Below, in pieces: positions 17,503 through 27,505 of a DNA stretch of 64,000 bases; within the stretch, counting starts at the first letter, position 1, and each line of letters starts with the position of its first letter. A program made the translations under genes and the position numbers. The notes under the pieces were generated by a model, which was given only the letters and a program-made list of their open reading frames with translations, was not told the origin of the DNA and made no database searches. The stretch comes from Myxococcota bacterium. GTDB taxonomy: Bacteria > Myxococcota > UBA4151. The stretch spans positions 816-64,815 of the forward strand of contig JAYZBQ010000018.1 in assembly GCA_036338695.1 (NCBI GenBank). Direction: 5' to 3'.

Positions 17503-19671
17503 ATGCGTCGGATTACAGAGATCATCGACAAGATGGGTCTGGAGTCGACCTCACCGGCCGCCGACCTGATCAACGCGTCCTACATCTTTAGCGCCAAATG
17601 CCACTCCGGACAGCTCCGTAAGTCGGGCGAACCCTACCTCATGCATCCGCTTGAGGTGGCTTATATCTTGTCCGAGATGGGGATGGACGCAGCGACCGTC
17701 TCGACGGGGCTCTTGCACGATACGGTCGAGGACACGCACGCAACGATTGAAGAGATCGAGGAGCAGTTTGGCGTCGCCGTTGCGAACATGGTCGACGGCG
17801 TCACCAAGATCTCGCAGATCGAGTTCACGTCGGCCGCCGAGAAGGCAGCCGAGAACTTCCGCAAAATGATCGTGGCGATGGCGCAGGATATTCGGGTCCT
17901 CATCGTCAAGCTGGCTGACAGGCTCCACAACATGCGCACGCTCGAGCACATGAAAGCCGCCAAGCAGCGCCGGATTGCGCGTGAGACGATGGACATCTAC
18001 GCGCCGCTCGCCGACCGGCTCGGGATGAACGCTGTCAAGATCGAGCTTCAGGACCTGAGCTTTCGCTATCTCCAGCCGAACAGCTACGCGCAGATGCGGC
18101 AAGACGTCGAAGAGCACCTGCCTGCGCGCGACCGGTATGTCGCGGAGACCATCGGCGAGATCACCGGCGCGTTCGAGGGAAAACAACTCGACGTCCTCGA
18201 CATCTATGGGCGCGCAAAGCACCTCTACTCGATCTTTATGAAGTTAGAGAAGAAGGGCGTCTCGATCGCCGAGATTTACGACGCCGTGGCGTTTCGAGTG
18301 ATCGTACCGAGCGTGGGCGACTGCTACACGGCGCTCGGTTACGTCCACGCCAAGTGGCGGCCGATACCGGGCCGGTTCAAGGACTTCGTGGCGCTCCCCA
18401 AGCAGAACGGCTACCAGAGCCTGCACACGACCGTCGTCGGACCCAAGCGACAGCTCATCGAGATCCAGATCCGCACGCCGGAGATGGATGACACGGCTGA
18501 GCGAGGCTTTGCGGCGCATTATGCCTACAAAGAAGGCAGCAGCGCAGCCTCTGAGAATGAGTCGATGGCCTTTGGCTGGTTGCGCCAGCTCATGGAGTGG
18601 CAGAACACCGTCCGCGACCCGAACGAGTTTATGGAGTCGGTGCGTCACGAGCTCTTCCACGAAGAGGTGTTCGTGTTCACGCCAAAAGGGGCTGTTGTGC
18701 AGCTACCACGGGGCGCCACCTGCGTCGACTTTGCGTTCTCGGTGCACACGGAGGTCGGGCTGACCTGCTCGGGCGCGAAGGTCAACGGCCGGATGGTGCC
18801 GCTGCGGACCAAGCTCAAGAGCGGTGACCGGATCGAGGTGCTCACCGACAAGCGCCGCACGCCCAATCGTGAGTGGCTCGACTTCGTCGTCACCTCGCGC
18901 GCCCGAACGCGCATTCGCGCAGCGGTGCGCAAGCGTGAGCACGAGCAAGCTCGAGAGGTCGGCTCCAACCTGCTCGATCGGGCGCTGCGCGCCAACGGCA
19001 GCACGCTGTCCAAGCTCGAGGGCAGCAGCGACCGCGACGTCGTGATCCAAAAGCTCCGGCAGAATTCCTTCGACGAGCTCTTGGCGCAGATCGGGCTCAA
19101 CAAAATCACCACCGACGCGGTCGTTCAGCTCCTCTACCCCGCCGAGCCGACGCTCCCGCCGCAAGCGATCGAGGAGCCAACGATCGGCTTGGCCCAGCGA
19201 CTTTTTGGTCGCAAGCGAAAGCCGAGCTCGAGCTCGAAATCGTCGGTCGTCGTCGGGGGTCTCGACGACGTCTTTATCACCTTCGCCAACTGCTGCTCGC
19301 CGCTTCCTGGCGAGCAGATCGTCGGTCACGTCAGCACCGGACGCGGCGTGCGTGTCCACCGACTCAACTGCAGCGAGCTCCACAACGCAGACCCAGCGCG
19401 TCAAGTCGAGGTCCGTTGGCGCACCGACAGCGAGATGCTGCACCAAGTGCGCCTGCGCGTGATCACCGACGATAAGCCAGGGATCCTCGCGCACGTCAGC
19501 TCCACCTTCGAGAATCATGAGCTCAACATCTCCGAAGCGAGCTGTCGCGTCCGCGACGACGGCTCAGCGATCAGCACCTTCCGCTTCGGCGTGCGCGACC
19601 TCGATTCACTGGACAAGCTGAGCAGCAGGCTGCGCGGCGTACCGGGCGTCTTGCGGGTCGATCGAGCCTAG
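17503..19671 (+). CDS. relA: Bifunctional (p)ppGpp synthetase/hydrolase RelA/SpoT
   Basis: HD hydrolase motif (HPLEVA…HD), synthetase domain, TGS and C-terminal ACT domains; 722 aa. Confidence 0.95.
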   Translation: MRRITEIIDKMGLESTSPAADLINASYIFSAKCHSGQLRKSGEPYLMHPLEVAYILSEMGMDAATVSTGLLHDTVEDTHATIEEIEEQFGVAVANMVDGVTKISQIEFTSAAEKAAENFRKMIVAMAQDIRVLIVKLADRLHNMRTLEHMKAAKQRRIARETMDIYAPLADRLGMNAVKIELQDLSFRYLQPNSYAQMRQDVEEHLPARDRYVAETIGEITGAFEGKQLDVLDIYGRAKHLYSIFMKLEKKGVSIAEIYDAVAFRVIVPSVGDCYTALGYVHAKWRPIPGRFKDFVALPKQNGYQSLHTTVVGPKRQLIEIQIRTPEMDDTAERGFAAHYAYKEGSSAASENESMAFGWLRQLMEWQNTVRDPNEFMESVRHELFHEEVFVFTPKGAVVQLPRGATCVDFAFSVHTEVGLTCSGAKVNGRMVPLRTKLKSGDRIEVLTDKRRTPNREWLDFVVTSRARTRIRAAVRKREHEQAREVGSNLLDRALRANGSTLSKLEGSSDRDVVIQKLRQNSFDELLAQIGLNKITTDAVVQLLYPAEPTLPPQAIEEPTIGLAQRLFGRKRKPSSSSKSSVVVGGLDDVFITFANCCSPLPGEQIVGHVSTGRGVRVHRLNCSELHNADPARQVEVRWRTDSEMLHQVRLRVITDDKPGILAHVSSTFENHELNISEASCRVRDDGSAISTFRFGVRDLDSLDKLSSRLRGVPGVLRVDRA

Positions 19672-19776
19672 CGCGCAGCGATCAGCTCGAACTGCGAACG
19701 TGGATTTGTTGATTGCAGACGAGCTCGAGTTTGCTAGCGTCCATATGTCCCCACCTGCTTTTGCCCCGGAGTCCCG

Positions 19777-20451
19777 ATGCGTCCCTTCTCGATGATGTCG
19801 CTTGTGCTGACGCTAGTCAGCTGCACCTCACCCCAAGCGGAGCAGCCGGCGGCGGCGTCGGCAAAGCCGAGCTCGACGGTGACGATCTCGAAGGATAACG
19901 ATAAGCCGCCGGCTCCGCCGGTCGTCCGAGACGACTCCGAGCAGCTCGTTTTCTCCTGGTTTGATCCGGAGCGCGGCCACACCACCGGCACGCGGGTGGC
20001 GGACGTCCCCAAAGGCTGCCGCCAAGACGTCGTCGTCGCCGACCTGAGCCGCACCCCGGAGGAGCGGCAATCCAGTCGCTATGTGATGATCGCCAACCTC
20101 GACGAGCGTCGCCCGGATGGTAGCTACTCCGTCGTCGTCCAGAGCCGCTACCGCTTTGCGGACTCGGACCTGAGCGACCTCGGCCCCATCGCCGAAAATA
20201 AGGGGGTGATCGTCTATTCGACGACGTGGTGTGGCCCCTGCAAGCAGCTCAAGAAATGGCTCACGGCCGAGGGCGTCCCCTTTACCAGCAAAGATGTCGA
20301 GAACGACCCCGGCGCCGGCGCTGAGGTCGCCGCCAAACTCAAGAAAGCGGGCATGCAAACCGGCGGCGTGCCGGTCACAGATGTCGCCGGCACGATCATC
20401 AAGGGCTTTGACCGTCGCGCCATCGAGCAGGCGCTGCAGGCGGTGCGCTAA
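19777..20451 (+). CDS. Lipoprotein with C-terminal glutaredoxin/NrdH-like thioredoxin-fold domain
   Basis: Lipobox LTLVSC. The C-terminal VIVYSTTWCGPCKQLKKWL has a CxxC active site. Confidence 0.65.
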   Translation: MRPFSMMSLVLTLVSCTSPQAEQPAAASAKPSSTVTISKDNDKPPAPPVVRDDSEQLVFSWFDPERGHTTGTRVADVPKGCRQDVVVADLSRTPEERQSSRYVMIANLDERRPDGSYSVVVQSRYRFADSDLSDLGPIAENKGVIVYSTTWCGPCKQLKKWLTAEGVPFTSKDVENDPGAGAEVAAKLKKAGMQTGGVPVTDVAGTIIKGFDRRAIEQALQAVR

Positions 20452-22943
20452 GCGACCCCGAGCAGCGCGAGCCGGTGCGCGAAGCGCCCGCGCAAGACGG
20501 CGGCGAGCGGTCGATGCTCGTCCTTGGTGAGGTCAGGGTCTCCCTGAATCAGCGCCTCGGCGTGCTGGCGCGCGGTGACGACCATCTCGGAGTCACCGAC
20601 GAGGTCGGCGTGGTGGTAGCGGTCGGCTCCGCTCTGGCGCACCCCCGCCATCTCCCCTGGCCCGCGTAGCCGGAGATCCTCCATCGCCAGCTCAAAGCCG
20701 TCGCTGCTGTTCTCCAGCACGCGCAGCCGATGACGAGCCGTCTGTCCACAGTTCGGATCGTGCAACAAGAAGCAGCGGCTGGCGTGCGCCCCCCGCCCCA
20801 CTCGTCCGCGCAGCTGGTGCAGCTGGCTCAACCCAAAGCGCTCGGCGTGCCAGATCATCATGATGCTCGCCTCGGGAACGTCGACGCCAACCTCCACGAC
20901 CGTCGTGCTCACCAACACGCGCACGCTCCCTTCGCGAAACGACTCCATGATCGCCTGCTTGTCCTCGTGAGGCATCTGACCATGCAAAAGCGCGACCCCA
21001 AATCGAGCGAGCGGGCTCTGACGCAGCTGCTCGTAGACGCGCTCGGCGTCGGCGAGATCCACCTTTTCTGACTCACGAACCAACGGGAGCACCACAAAGA
21101 TTTGGCGTCCTCGCTGCAGCTCCTGCTCCGCCAATTCGAAGGGCTCAGCGAGCCGGTCGAGACGAAACGCGCGCGTGTGAACCGGTTGGCGTCCGGGCGG
21201 CAATTCTTTGATCACGCTCACCTCGAGGTCACCCCATACCGTCATCGACAGCGTCCTTGGGATGGGTGTGGCCGTCATCGCAAGCGTGTGGGGATCGAAA
21301 CCGGTGCTCTGGCGCGCAGCCTCGCGCAAGGTCAGACGTTGCTCCACCCCAAAGCGGTGCTGTTCATCGATCATCACCAGCGCCAGCGCCTTCCAATCTA
21401 GCGGCTTCGCCACCAGCGCGTGCGTCCCCACAAGAACGTCGACCTCACCGGCGGCGACGGCCGCCAGGAGGTGCCGGCGCACGCGCGCCGAGACGGAGCC
21501 CGTTAACAGACCAATGCGCAGACGTCCTTGCAGCAACACATCGATCGAGGCGGCGTGCTGCCGCGCCAAAAGCTCGGTCGGCGCCATCAAGGCAGACTGG
21601 AACCCGCTGCGTGCCAGCCCGTAGGCAGCCACCGCAGCCACTGCGGTCTTGCCGCTCCCGACATCGCCTTGAAGCAAACGATTCATCGGCGCGCCCCGAC
21701 GTAGGTCGGCGTCGATCTCACGCAACGAACGCTGCTGCCCGCCGGTGAGCTTGAAGGGCAAAAGCTCCGCTGCGAATTCGCCCAGCGGCTGCCCTTTGAG
21801 CGCCTCAAGTCCCTTCACGTTCCGCTGAGCCTGCCGGCGTATCAGCAGCCCCATCTGCGTCAAGAAGAGCTCTTGGTAGGCGAACCGGTCAGCGGCTAAG
21901 CGGCGCTGCTCGGGTGTGTCGCCGGCGTTGGGCTGATGCAGGATCCGCCAGCTCTCCCACAACGCAGGTAGACCGGTCTGGCGCCGGACGCTTTGAGGGA
22001 TCGGGTCGATCACGCCCTGGCGCACCCACTCGAGCGCCTGCCCGAGGATGCGCTGAAGCTGTGGCCCCTTGATGCCTGGAATCTCCGGATAGATGGGGTG
22101 TAAACCGCCACCCGTGAGCTCTTGGCGCAGGTCGATGTATTCGATTTTTGGGTGGATCATCGCCGGGCGCTTCTGCCATCGCCCGACCTTTCCAAAGAGC
22201 CGCACCCAGCGCCCCTCTTTCGAGCCGAGGTTCCGCTCCCACATCTGCGGATTGGGCTGAAAGAACACCGCATACATGCTGTCGCCATCACCGTTGACGC
22301 AGCGCACGACGTAGCGCGCACGACCGTAACCACGCGTGCCCTCAACCCGCCCGCGGCCGAGCTGCACACGAACGGCGACGGTTTCGCCCTCTTGCAGCGC
22401 ATCGAGCGGCGCCTCTTGCGTGCGATCTTCGTAACCCGCAGGCAGCCAGTTGAGCAGCTCCTCGAGGGTGCCGATGCCGCGCGCATGGAACCGCTCAGCG
22501 CGCCGAGGTCCGAGCCCATCGAGCACCGTGATCGGCTCGGTCAAAATGTCATCGACCACCCGCCGATGCGTCACCTCCGATGCCTCGAGCTCCTGCCGCG
22601 TGCTGCGGCGGCGCGGGCGCATCTGCTCCGACTCGCTCAGCCGCTTGCTGGCGGTGGTCAACTCGACGGCACGCCGGACCACCCGCTCGATGGCTTCGAG
22701 CTTCCCGCTCCCGGTGGCGCGATCGACCCGATCGAGCAGCTCGATGAGCTCATCCACCTGGGCGGCTTTGAGCGGTCCCTCATCGAGTACGGCGCTGCGC
22801 TGAGCGCGCCCAAACCGGCCAAACCCTGTGAGCCGATCGATCCGCTCCTCACCCCAGCTCAGACCCGTTAGGCATGGGCTCAGGAAGCGCTCGAGCCAGG
22901 GTCTTGCGCGCAGGTGTTCGTCGAGTTCGGGGAGTTGGCTCAT
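20448..22943 (-). CDS. recG: ATP-dependent DNA helicase RecG
   Basis: Wedge/OB domain, helicase motif I GDVGSGKT, motif II DEQHRFG, and the RecG C-terminal domain. The N-terminus is extended (831 aa). Confidence 0.9.
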   Translation of the reverse strand: MSQLPELDEHLRARPWLERFLSPCLTGLSWGEERIDRLTGFGRFGRAQRSAVLDEGPLKAAQVDELIELLDRVDRATGSGKLEAIERVVRRAVELTTASKRLSESEQMRPRRRSTRQELEASEVTHRRVVDDILTEPITVLDGLGPRRAERFHARGIGTLEELLNWLPAGYEDRTQEAPLDALQEGETVAVRVQLGRGRVEGTRGYGRARYVVRCVNGDGDSMYAVFFQPNPQMWERNLGSKEGRWVRLFGKVGRWQKRPAMIHPKIEYIDLRQELTGGGLHPIYPEIPGIKGPQLQRILGQALEWVRQGVIDPIPQSVRRQTGLPALWESWRILHQPNAGDTPEQRRLAADRFAYQELFLTQMGLLIRRQAQRNVKGLEALKGQPLGEFAAELLPFKLTGGQQRSLREIDADLRRGAPMNRLLQGDVGSGKTAVAAVAAYGLARSGFQSALMAPTELLARQHAASIDVLLQGRLRIGLLTGSVSARVRRHLLAAVAAGEVDVLVGTHALVAKPLDWKALALVMIDEQHRFGVEQRLTLREAARQSTGFDPHTLAMTATPIPRTLSMTVWGDLEVSVIKELPPGRQPVHTRAFRLDRLAEPFELAEQELQRGRQIFVVLPLVRESEKVDLADAERVYEQLRQSPLARFGVALLHGQMPHEDKQAIMESFREGSVRVLVSTTVVEVGVDVPEASIMMIWHAERFGLSQLHQLRGRVGRGAHASRCFLLHDPNCGQTARHRLRVLENSSDGFELAMEDLRLRGPGEMAGVRQSGADRYHHADLVGDSEMVVTARQHAEALIQGDPDLTKDEHRPLAAVLRGRFAHRLALLGVA

Positions 22944-23686
22944 GGACGCGGCAGGTCACTCCTCGGCGGCAACCAAAGGGCCGGATTGCGCGGGGTCACT
23001 CCGCGCCTTAACTCAAAGTGCAGCTGCGGTGTCGCCACGCGCCCTGTGGCGCCGAGGCGAGCGATCACATCACCTTGTGCGACGCGGTCGCCCTCAGCGA
23101 CCAGGCGAGCCTGGTTGTGTGCGTAAATGCTGACCCACTCTCGCTCGTGCGCGATGATGACCAGATGACCCCAGCCCGGATCCTCCGCTGCGTAGACGAC
23201 GCGCCCGGCGCTGACTGCGACCACGGGCTGACCAGCGGCTCCCTCGATGTTGATTCCGTCGCTGACCTCGTCGCCTCGCCGGCCAAAGGTCTTGATCACC
23301 CGACCGCCCGAGAAGGGCGCAACAAAGCCGCCTTCGGGCGCCTGATCTGGGCCGCTCGGTGGCGCGATCGCTTTCGGACGAGACGCGACCTTCTTCTGTC
23401 GATCATCGAGGTCCGACCCGGGCGCAAGCGGGACAAACAGCCGCCGTCCGGCTTGGAGCTCAGTGGGATCTCCGATGGCGTTGGTTTTGATCAGCAGGTT
23501 CACGCTGACGCCGTAATGGTGGGCGATACGCCACAGGGTCTCGCCCTGAATCACGGGGTGCCACGTGCCCGGAGGCGCCGTCTCCGCCTCCTCCTTAGAG
23601 CCGACCTCGGGGACGATGGGCTGCCGGTGGGCGCTCGTCTGAGCACATCCTACAAGCAACAGCGCCGTCGCGACGAGTCGCCTCAT
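22940..23686 (-). CDS. LysM + M23 peptidase lipoprotein (NlpD/EnvC-like murein hydrolase activator)
   Basis: LysM domain: TLWRIAHHYGVSVNLLIKTNAI. M23 domain: HLVIIAHEREWVSIYAHNQ…HFELRRG. Start reassigned to MRRLVATALLLVGC (lipobox), giving an ATGA overlap with the dedA stop. Confidence 0.8.
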   Translation of the reverse strand: MRRLVATALLLVGCAQTSAHRQPIVPEVGSKEEAETAPPGTWHPVIQGETLWRIAHHYGVSVNLLIKTNAIGDPTELQAGRRLFVPLAPGSDLDDRQKKVASRPKAIAPPSGPDQAPEGGFVAPFSGGRVIKTFGRRGDEVSDGINIEGAAGQPVVAVSAGRVVYAAEDPGWGHLVIIAHEREWVSIYAHNQARLVAEGDRVAQGDVIARLGATGRVATPQLHFELRRGVTPRNPALWLPPRSDLPRP

Positions 23687-24303
23687 CGCAGCAGCTTGAT
23701 CGCCGCAAACCCTGCGATCAAGAGGACCGTAAACACCGACACCGCCAGGTTGAAGCGGGTTTCGATCCACTCTTTGATCGACGGTCCAAACTTTTTGATC
23801 AGCGCTGCGACCAAGAAGAAGCGAAAGGCGCGCCCCACCACCGAGGCGATCACGAAGGGCACGAACGGGAACTTGAATACACCCGATGAGATCGTGAAGA
23901 CCTTGTACGGGATCGGCGTGATCGCCGCCGCGAGCGTCCCCCAGAACCCGTACTCGCTGTACCAGGCTTGGATTTTATCCATCACCGGTTGACCGTGGTA
24001 GGCGTTGACGATCGGCTGACCGATCGCCTCCCAACCATACACGCCGATGGCGTATCCAGCCACGCCTCCAAGCACCGAGCCAGCCGTACAGATCAACGCG
24101 AAGCGAAAGGCGCGCGTGGGCGCAGCGACGGCGAGCGCGATGAGCAACACATCAGGGGGGATCGGAAAGAAGCTCGACTCTGCAAACGCCAAGACAAAAA
24201 GCGCCGGCGCGCCGTAAGGTGTCTCTGCCCAGCCGAGCACCCAGTCGTACATCCGGCGAATCCACCCCATCGGGCCCTTGGGTCGCTGCTCTTCGGTCAT
24301 CAA
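23683..24303 (-). CDS. DedA/YqaA-family (VTT domain) inner-membrane protein
   Basis: Multi-TM. The VTT-domain signature is FAESSFFPIPPDVLLIALAV. Confidence 0.8.
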   Translation of the reverse strand: MMTEEQRPKGPMGWIRRMYDWVLGWAETPYGAPALFVLAFAESSFFPIPPDVLLIALAVAAPTRAFRFALICTAGSVLGGVAGYAIGVYGWEAIGQPIVNAYHGQPVMDKIQAWYSEYGFWGTLAAAITPIPYKVFTISSGVFKFPFVPFVIASVVGRAFRFFLVAALIKKFGPSIKEWIETRFNLAVSVFTVLLIAGFAAIKLLR

Positions 24304-25088
24304 GCTTCTCCTTGTTGCAGGCTGAGCGGGACAGGCTCGTCGCCATCTAAGCGCATTTCGGTCAGCTCGGCCAAGCCTTTCTGCGCCGTCAGGTCCAAAC
24401 CGAGCGGCGTGATCGAGATCAAGCCTTGATCATGCGCGCTGGTGTCGCTGTCACAGGCTCCCGCGTGCGCCACCTCCGTGCCGCCGATCCAGTAATAATC
24501 CGCGCCGCGCGGGTCGCGCCGGTGAACGACGCGCTCACCGAGGTAGCGGCGCGTCCCCATACGGCACAGCGCGTACCGGCCATCGGTTACCTGCGGCACG
24601 TTGCAGTTGAGCATCACACCTGGCGGCAGGCCGTGATCGCCGACCCAACGAGTCAATCGCCCTGCGAACTGAGCGGCCTTCGTGAAGTCGAAGGGCTTTG
24701 AGCCCACCAAACTAAAGGCGACCGATGGGATCCCGTTGACCATCCCTTCATGCGCTGCGCTCACCGTGCCGCTGTAGTGTGCGTCCGTCCCGAGGTTGCT
24801 GCCGTGGTTGATCCCAGAGATCACCACGTCCGGCGGGGCGTCTTTCATGAAGTGATGGAGCGCAAGGTAGACACAATCCGTCGGCGTCCCCGACACCGCA
24901 AACCAGCGCGCCCGTCCTTCAAAACCTGTGACGCGCAGGGGCTTGCCGAGGGTGATCGCGTGGCTGACCCCGCTCATCTCTTGGTCGGGAGCGACCACCC
25001 AGACCTCGCCGAGCGGTTCCACAGCCTGGACCAGCGCGTGCAAACCCGCCCGACTGATCCCGTCGTCATTGCTCACCAAAATGCGCAC
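24300..25088 (-). CDS. surE: 5'/3'-nucleotidase SurE
   Basis: ILVSNDDGI N-terminus, GEVWVVAPDQEMSGVSHAITL. Start moved to GTG 25088 (AGGGGGAGAGCC upstream) because the longer ORF runs into the tRNA gene. Confidence 0.85.
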   Translation of the reverse strand: MRILVSNDDGISRAGLHALVQAVEPLGEVWVVAPDQEMSGVSHAITLGKPLRVTGFEGRARWFAVSGTPTDCVYLALHHFMKDAPPDVVISGINHGSNLGTDAHYSGTVSAAHEGMVNGIPSVAFSLVGSKPFDFTKAAQFAGRLTRWVGDHGLPPGVMLNCNVPQVTDGRYALCRMGTRRYLGERVVHRRDPRGADYYWIGGTEVAHAGACDSDTSAHDQGLISITPLGLDLTAQKGLAELTEMRLDGDEPVPLSLQQGEA

Positions 25089-25162
25089 GGCTCTCCCCCT
25101 TGAAGTGGCGCAGCGATAGCGCAGGCTGAAAAAACACAAAAGGCAGACGCTGTCTGCCTTTC

Positions 25163-25240
25163 TGGTCGGAGTGAGAGGATTCGAACCTCCGGCCCCTTGA
25201 CCCCCAGTCAAGTGCGCTAACCAGGCTGCGCTACACTCCG
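25163..25240 (-). tRNA. tRNA-Pro (anticodon GGG), 3' CCA encoded
   Basis: Hand-folded. Acceptor CGGAGTG/CACTCCG, D-arm GCGC…GCGC, anticodon stem CTTGA/TCAAG with loop CTGGGGG (GGG, G37), T-arm GGAGG-TTCGAAT-CCTCT, discriminator A, CCA. Confidence 0.85.
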
Positions 25241-25435
25241 AGCGTGGCGACCCTTAGGTGCGGATCACACAAGCCGGCAAGTGGTTTTTATGTTAGGAAC
25301 CCCCGGCTTGACCGCGAGCCTCTTCCGTAAGGTTTCCGATGCGGAAACGATTTCGGCTGAGGTACACGCCGTGGGTAAAGCTTGAGTTACCGTCTCAAAT
25401 CGGGTTAGCGACCAGCGCCCCGGAGGACTTTGAAC

Positions 25436-27505
25436 ATGTTGAATTCGCTCAATCCTAAGCGTCGGCAGGGCTCGTATCGGTGGACCTTGGCGTCGATCGC
25501 TGCGCTCTCGATGTTCGCGCAGAGCTGCTCCTGTGAAGAGGTCTACATCAACCGTGTTCAGCGCGAGCTGCAGGTCACCCTGGACCCGAGCGAAGTCGAA
25601 AACACGGAGATCTGCAAGGACGCCGAGGGCAACACGTATTCGGCGCAATACTGCACCGTCGACATGGGCGAGGTGGCGCTCAACTCGCAAGAAAACCTGC
25701 GCACGATTCAGCTGCTCAACGTCGGCACGCCCAACCTCGAGATCTACGCGGCGAAGCTGCAGAACGACAGCCCGTTGCTGGACTCGATCACGCTCTTTGG
25801 CGACGTGATGGAGGATCGGGACGATCCGATCGTCCTGACCAACAGCGTCGCCACGGCGCTGCGCGTGCTCGTGGTGCCGACCGTCGAGTGGGAGGCGGGC
25901 GACTGGATCGGTACCGTCAGCGTCTACAGCAACGCCGAGAACACCGACGAAACCCTCGACGACGCCACCTGCGAGGCTGAGGGCGTCCCCGCTCCCTGCG
26001 CTCGAACCAACATCGAGCTGCGCGCCTGGCCCCGAGACCTTGGCAACGTCGACATCCAGGTAGTCGCCGAGGTCGGCACCGACATCTTTGAGACCGGGAT
26101 CTGCAACTTCGGCGCCGTGGGCGTTCCGGATCAGCAAGCTGGGACGGACGGCGGCGAAGGCCGCTGCAAGCTTCGGGTCCGAAACAACGGCGACCGGGAC
26201 GCAGTGGTCACCCGCCTTGACCTCGTGATCGGCCAGTCCGAGCGCCCCGAGTGCGGCAGCAGCTGCTCGTTCGGAAGCTACTGCACGGGTCAGGCCACCT
26301 GCACGGACGGGCCGTTCGCCGGCTTCTGGCCGTCGGACAACAACGGCTTTGTGCACGGCGCAAACTGCTCGGACGAGAGCCCCTGTGCGCTCGGCGAGTT
26401 CTGCGCCCTCGATGCGGAGACGAACGCAAGCTACTGCTCGACGGAGGCCAGCACGGGCGGTCAACCGATCTTCCGGCTCCAGCGCGAGGTCGAGGTCAGC
26501 GACGACAACCCGCTCTTGATCGAGGCGGGCCGTGAGTCGGTGGTCACGATCCTGTTCAAGCCAGAAGACCTCGGAAAGTACGCAGGCTCGATCCGCTTTA
26601 AGGGCAACCTTCCGGTGCCCGGCGGCATCCTGAACCGCCCCATGGTCGGGATCGGTCACAACGCGCCGGTCGCCCGCCCAGAGGTCAAAACCATCGACGG
26701 CAGCGCCAACTACCGCCGCAATGACGACGGCGACCCGCAGGCGGCGCCGCTGTCCACCGTCACCGTGACCGGCGAAAACTCGACCGGTCTGGGCGGTGCG
26801 CGCATTGAAGAGTACGAGTGGAGCCTCGACGAGCGCTACGGCGCTAGCGTCCCTGAAGGCAGCGGCGTGCGCCTGCGCAACCCGAACTCCATGGAGACGG
26901 ACTTCGTGTACGGGACGAGCACCCCGGGGCTAGACTCTGCGGGGATCTACAACGTGGCGCTTCGTGTGCGCGACGAGCGCGGTGTGTGGTCGGACTGGGC
27001 GGTCCTGACGATCGAGTCCAAGCCCGACTCGGCGATCCACGTCGAGCTAACCTGGGACCACCCGAGCTCGGACGTGGACATCCACTTGATCCGCGCCGGC
27101 GACCCGACCGACTACACCAGCGATCAGGACTGCTACTACCTAAACTGCAACACCTCACGGTCGAACGGCCGCCCTCGCCTCGCCTGGGGTCCCGGCGGTG
27201 AGGAAGACGACCCCCGCCTTGACCTCGATGACGTCAACGGGTTTGGCCCGGAGAACATCAACATTGAGGAGCCAGAGGTCGCTCAAGATTACCTCGTAGG
27301 TGTCTACTACTATCGAGCTGACGGCACCGGCGGTGACCGACCGACGGTCGCAACGATTCGCATCTACATCGGGGGTCGCCTGGAGTATGAAGAGGCTGCC
27401 GAGTTGATGGACACCCGAGCATGGTGGGAGCCCGCGATCATCATGTGGGGAGAAGCCAACCCGATCCTGCCACGGCGCCGCCTCCAGCCGACGCCACCCA
27501 ACTGA
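25436..27505 (+). CDS. Large secreted lipoprotein of unknown function (Cys-rich central region; beta-sandwich-like C-terminal region)
   Basis: ATG 25436 with GGAGGA 7 nt upstream. Signal/lipobox LASIAALSMFAQSC. The central region carries several CxxxxC pairs. No catalytic motif recognised. Confidence 0.55.
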   Translation: MLNSLNPKRRQGSYRWTLASIAALSMFAQSCSCEEVYINRVQRELQVTLDPSEVENTEICKDAEGNTYSAQYCTVDMGEVALNSQENLRTIQLLNVGTPNLEIYAAKLQNDSPLLDSITLFGDVMEDRDDPIVLTNSVATALRVLVVPTVEWEAGDWIGTVSVYSNAENTDETLDDATCEAEGVPAPCARTNIELRAWPRDLGNVDIQVVAEVGTDIFETGICNFGAVGVPDQQAGTDGGEGRCKLRVRNNGDRDAVVTRLDLVIGQSERPECGSSCSFGSYCTGQATCTDGPFAGFWPSDNNGFVHGANCSDESPCALGEFCALDAETNASYCSTEASTGGQPIFRLQREVEVSDDNPLLIEAGRESVVTILFKPEDLGKYAGSIRFKGNLPVPGGILNRPMVGIGHNAPVARPEVKTIDGSANYRRNDDGDPQAAPLSTVTVTGENSTGLGGARIEEYEWSLDERYGASVPEGSGVRLRNPNSMETDFVYGTSTPGLDSAGIYNVALRVRDERGVWSDWAVLTIESKPDSAIHVELTWDHPSSDVDIHLIRAGDPTDYTSDQDCYYLNCNTSRSNGRPRLAWGPGGEEDDPRLDLDDVNGFGPENINIEEPEVAQDYLVGVYYYRADGTGGDRPTVATIRIYIGGRLEYEEAAELMDTRAWWEPAIIMWGEANPILPRRRLQPTPPN

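Noticed and set aside
17389-17503. Possible stem-loops (cgccc-gat-gggcg; ccctc…gaggg) in the relA leader as a riboswitch or attenuator
   Set aside because: Short, GC-driven pairings expected by chance in this genome. No recognisable riboswitch core.
23018-23992. 324-aa plus-strand ORF across nlpD/dedA
   Set aside because: Antisense to the LysM-M23 and DedA genes, which have convincing domain motifs. No motifs of its own.
25265-26659. 464-aa minus-strand ORF
   Set aside because: Antisense to the large lipoprotein gene. That gene has a good RBS, a signal peptide and a 691-aa uninterrupted frame. The minus product is Ala/Val/Arg-rich noise and overlaps the tRNA flank.
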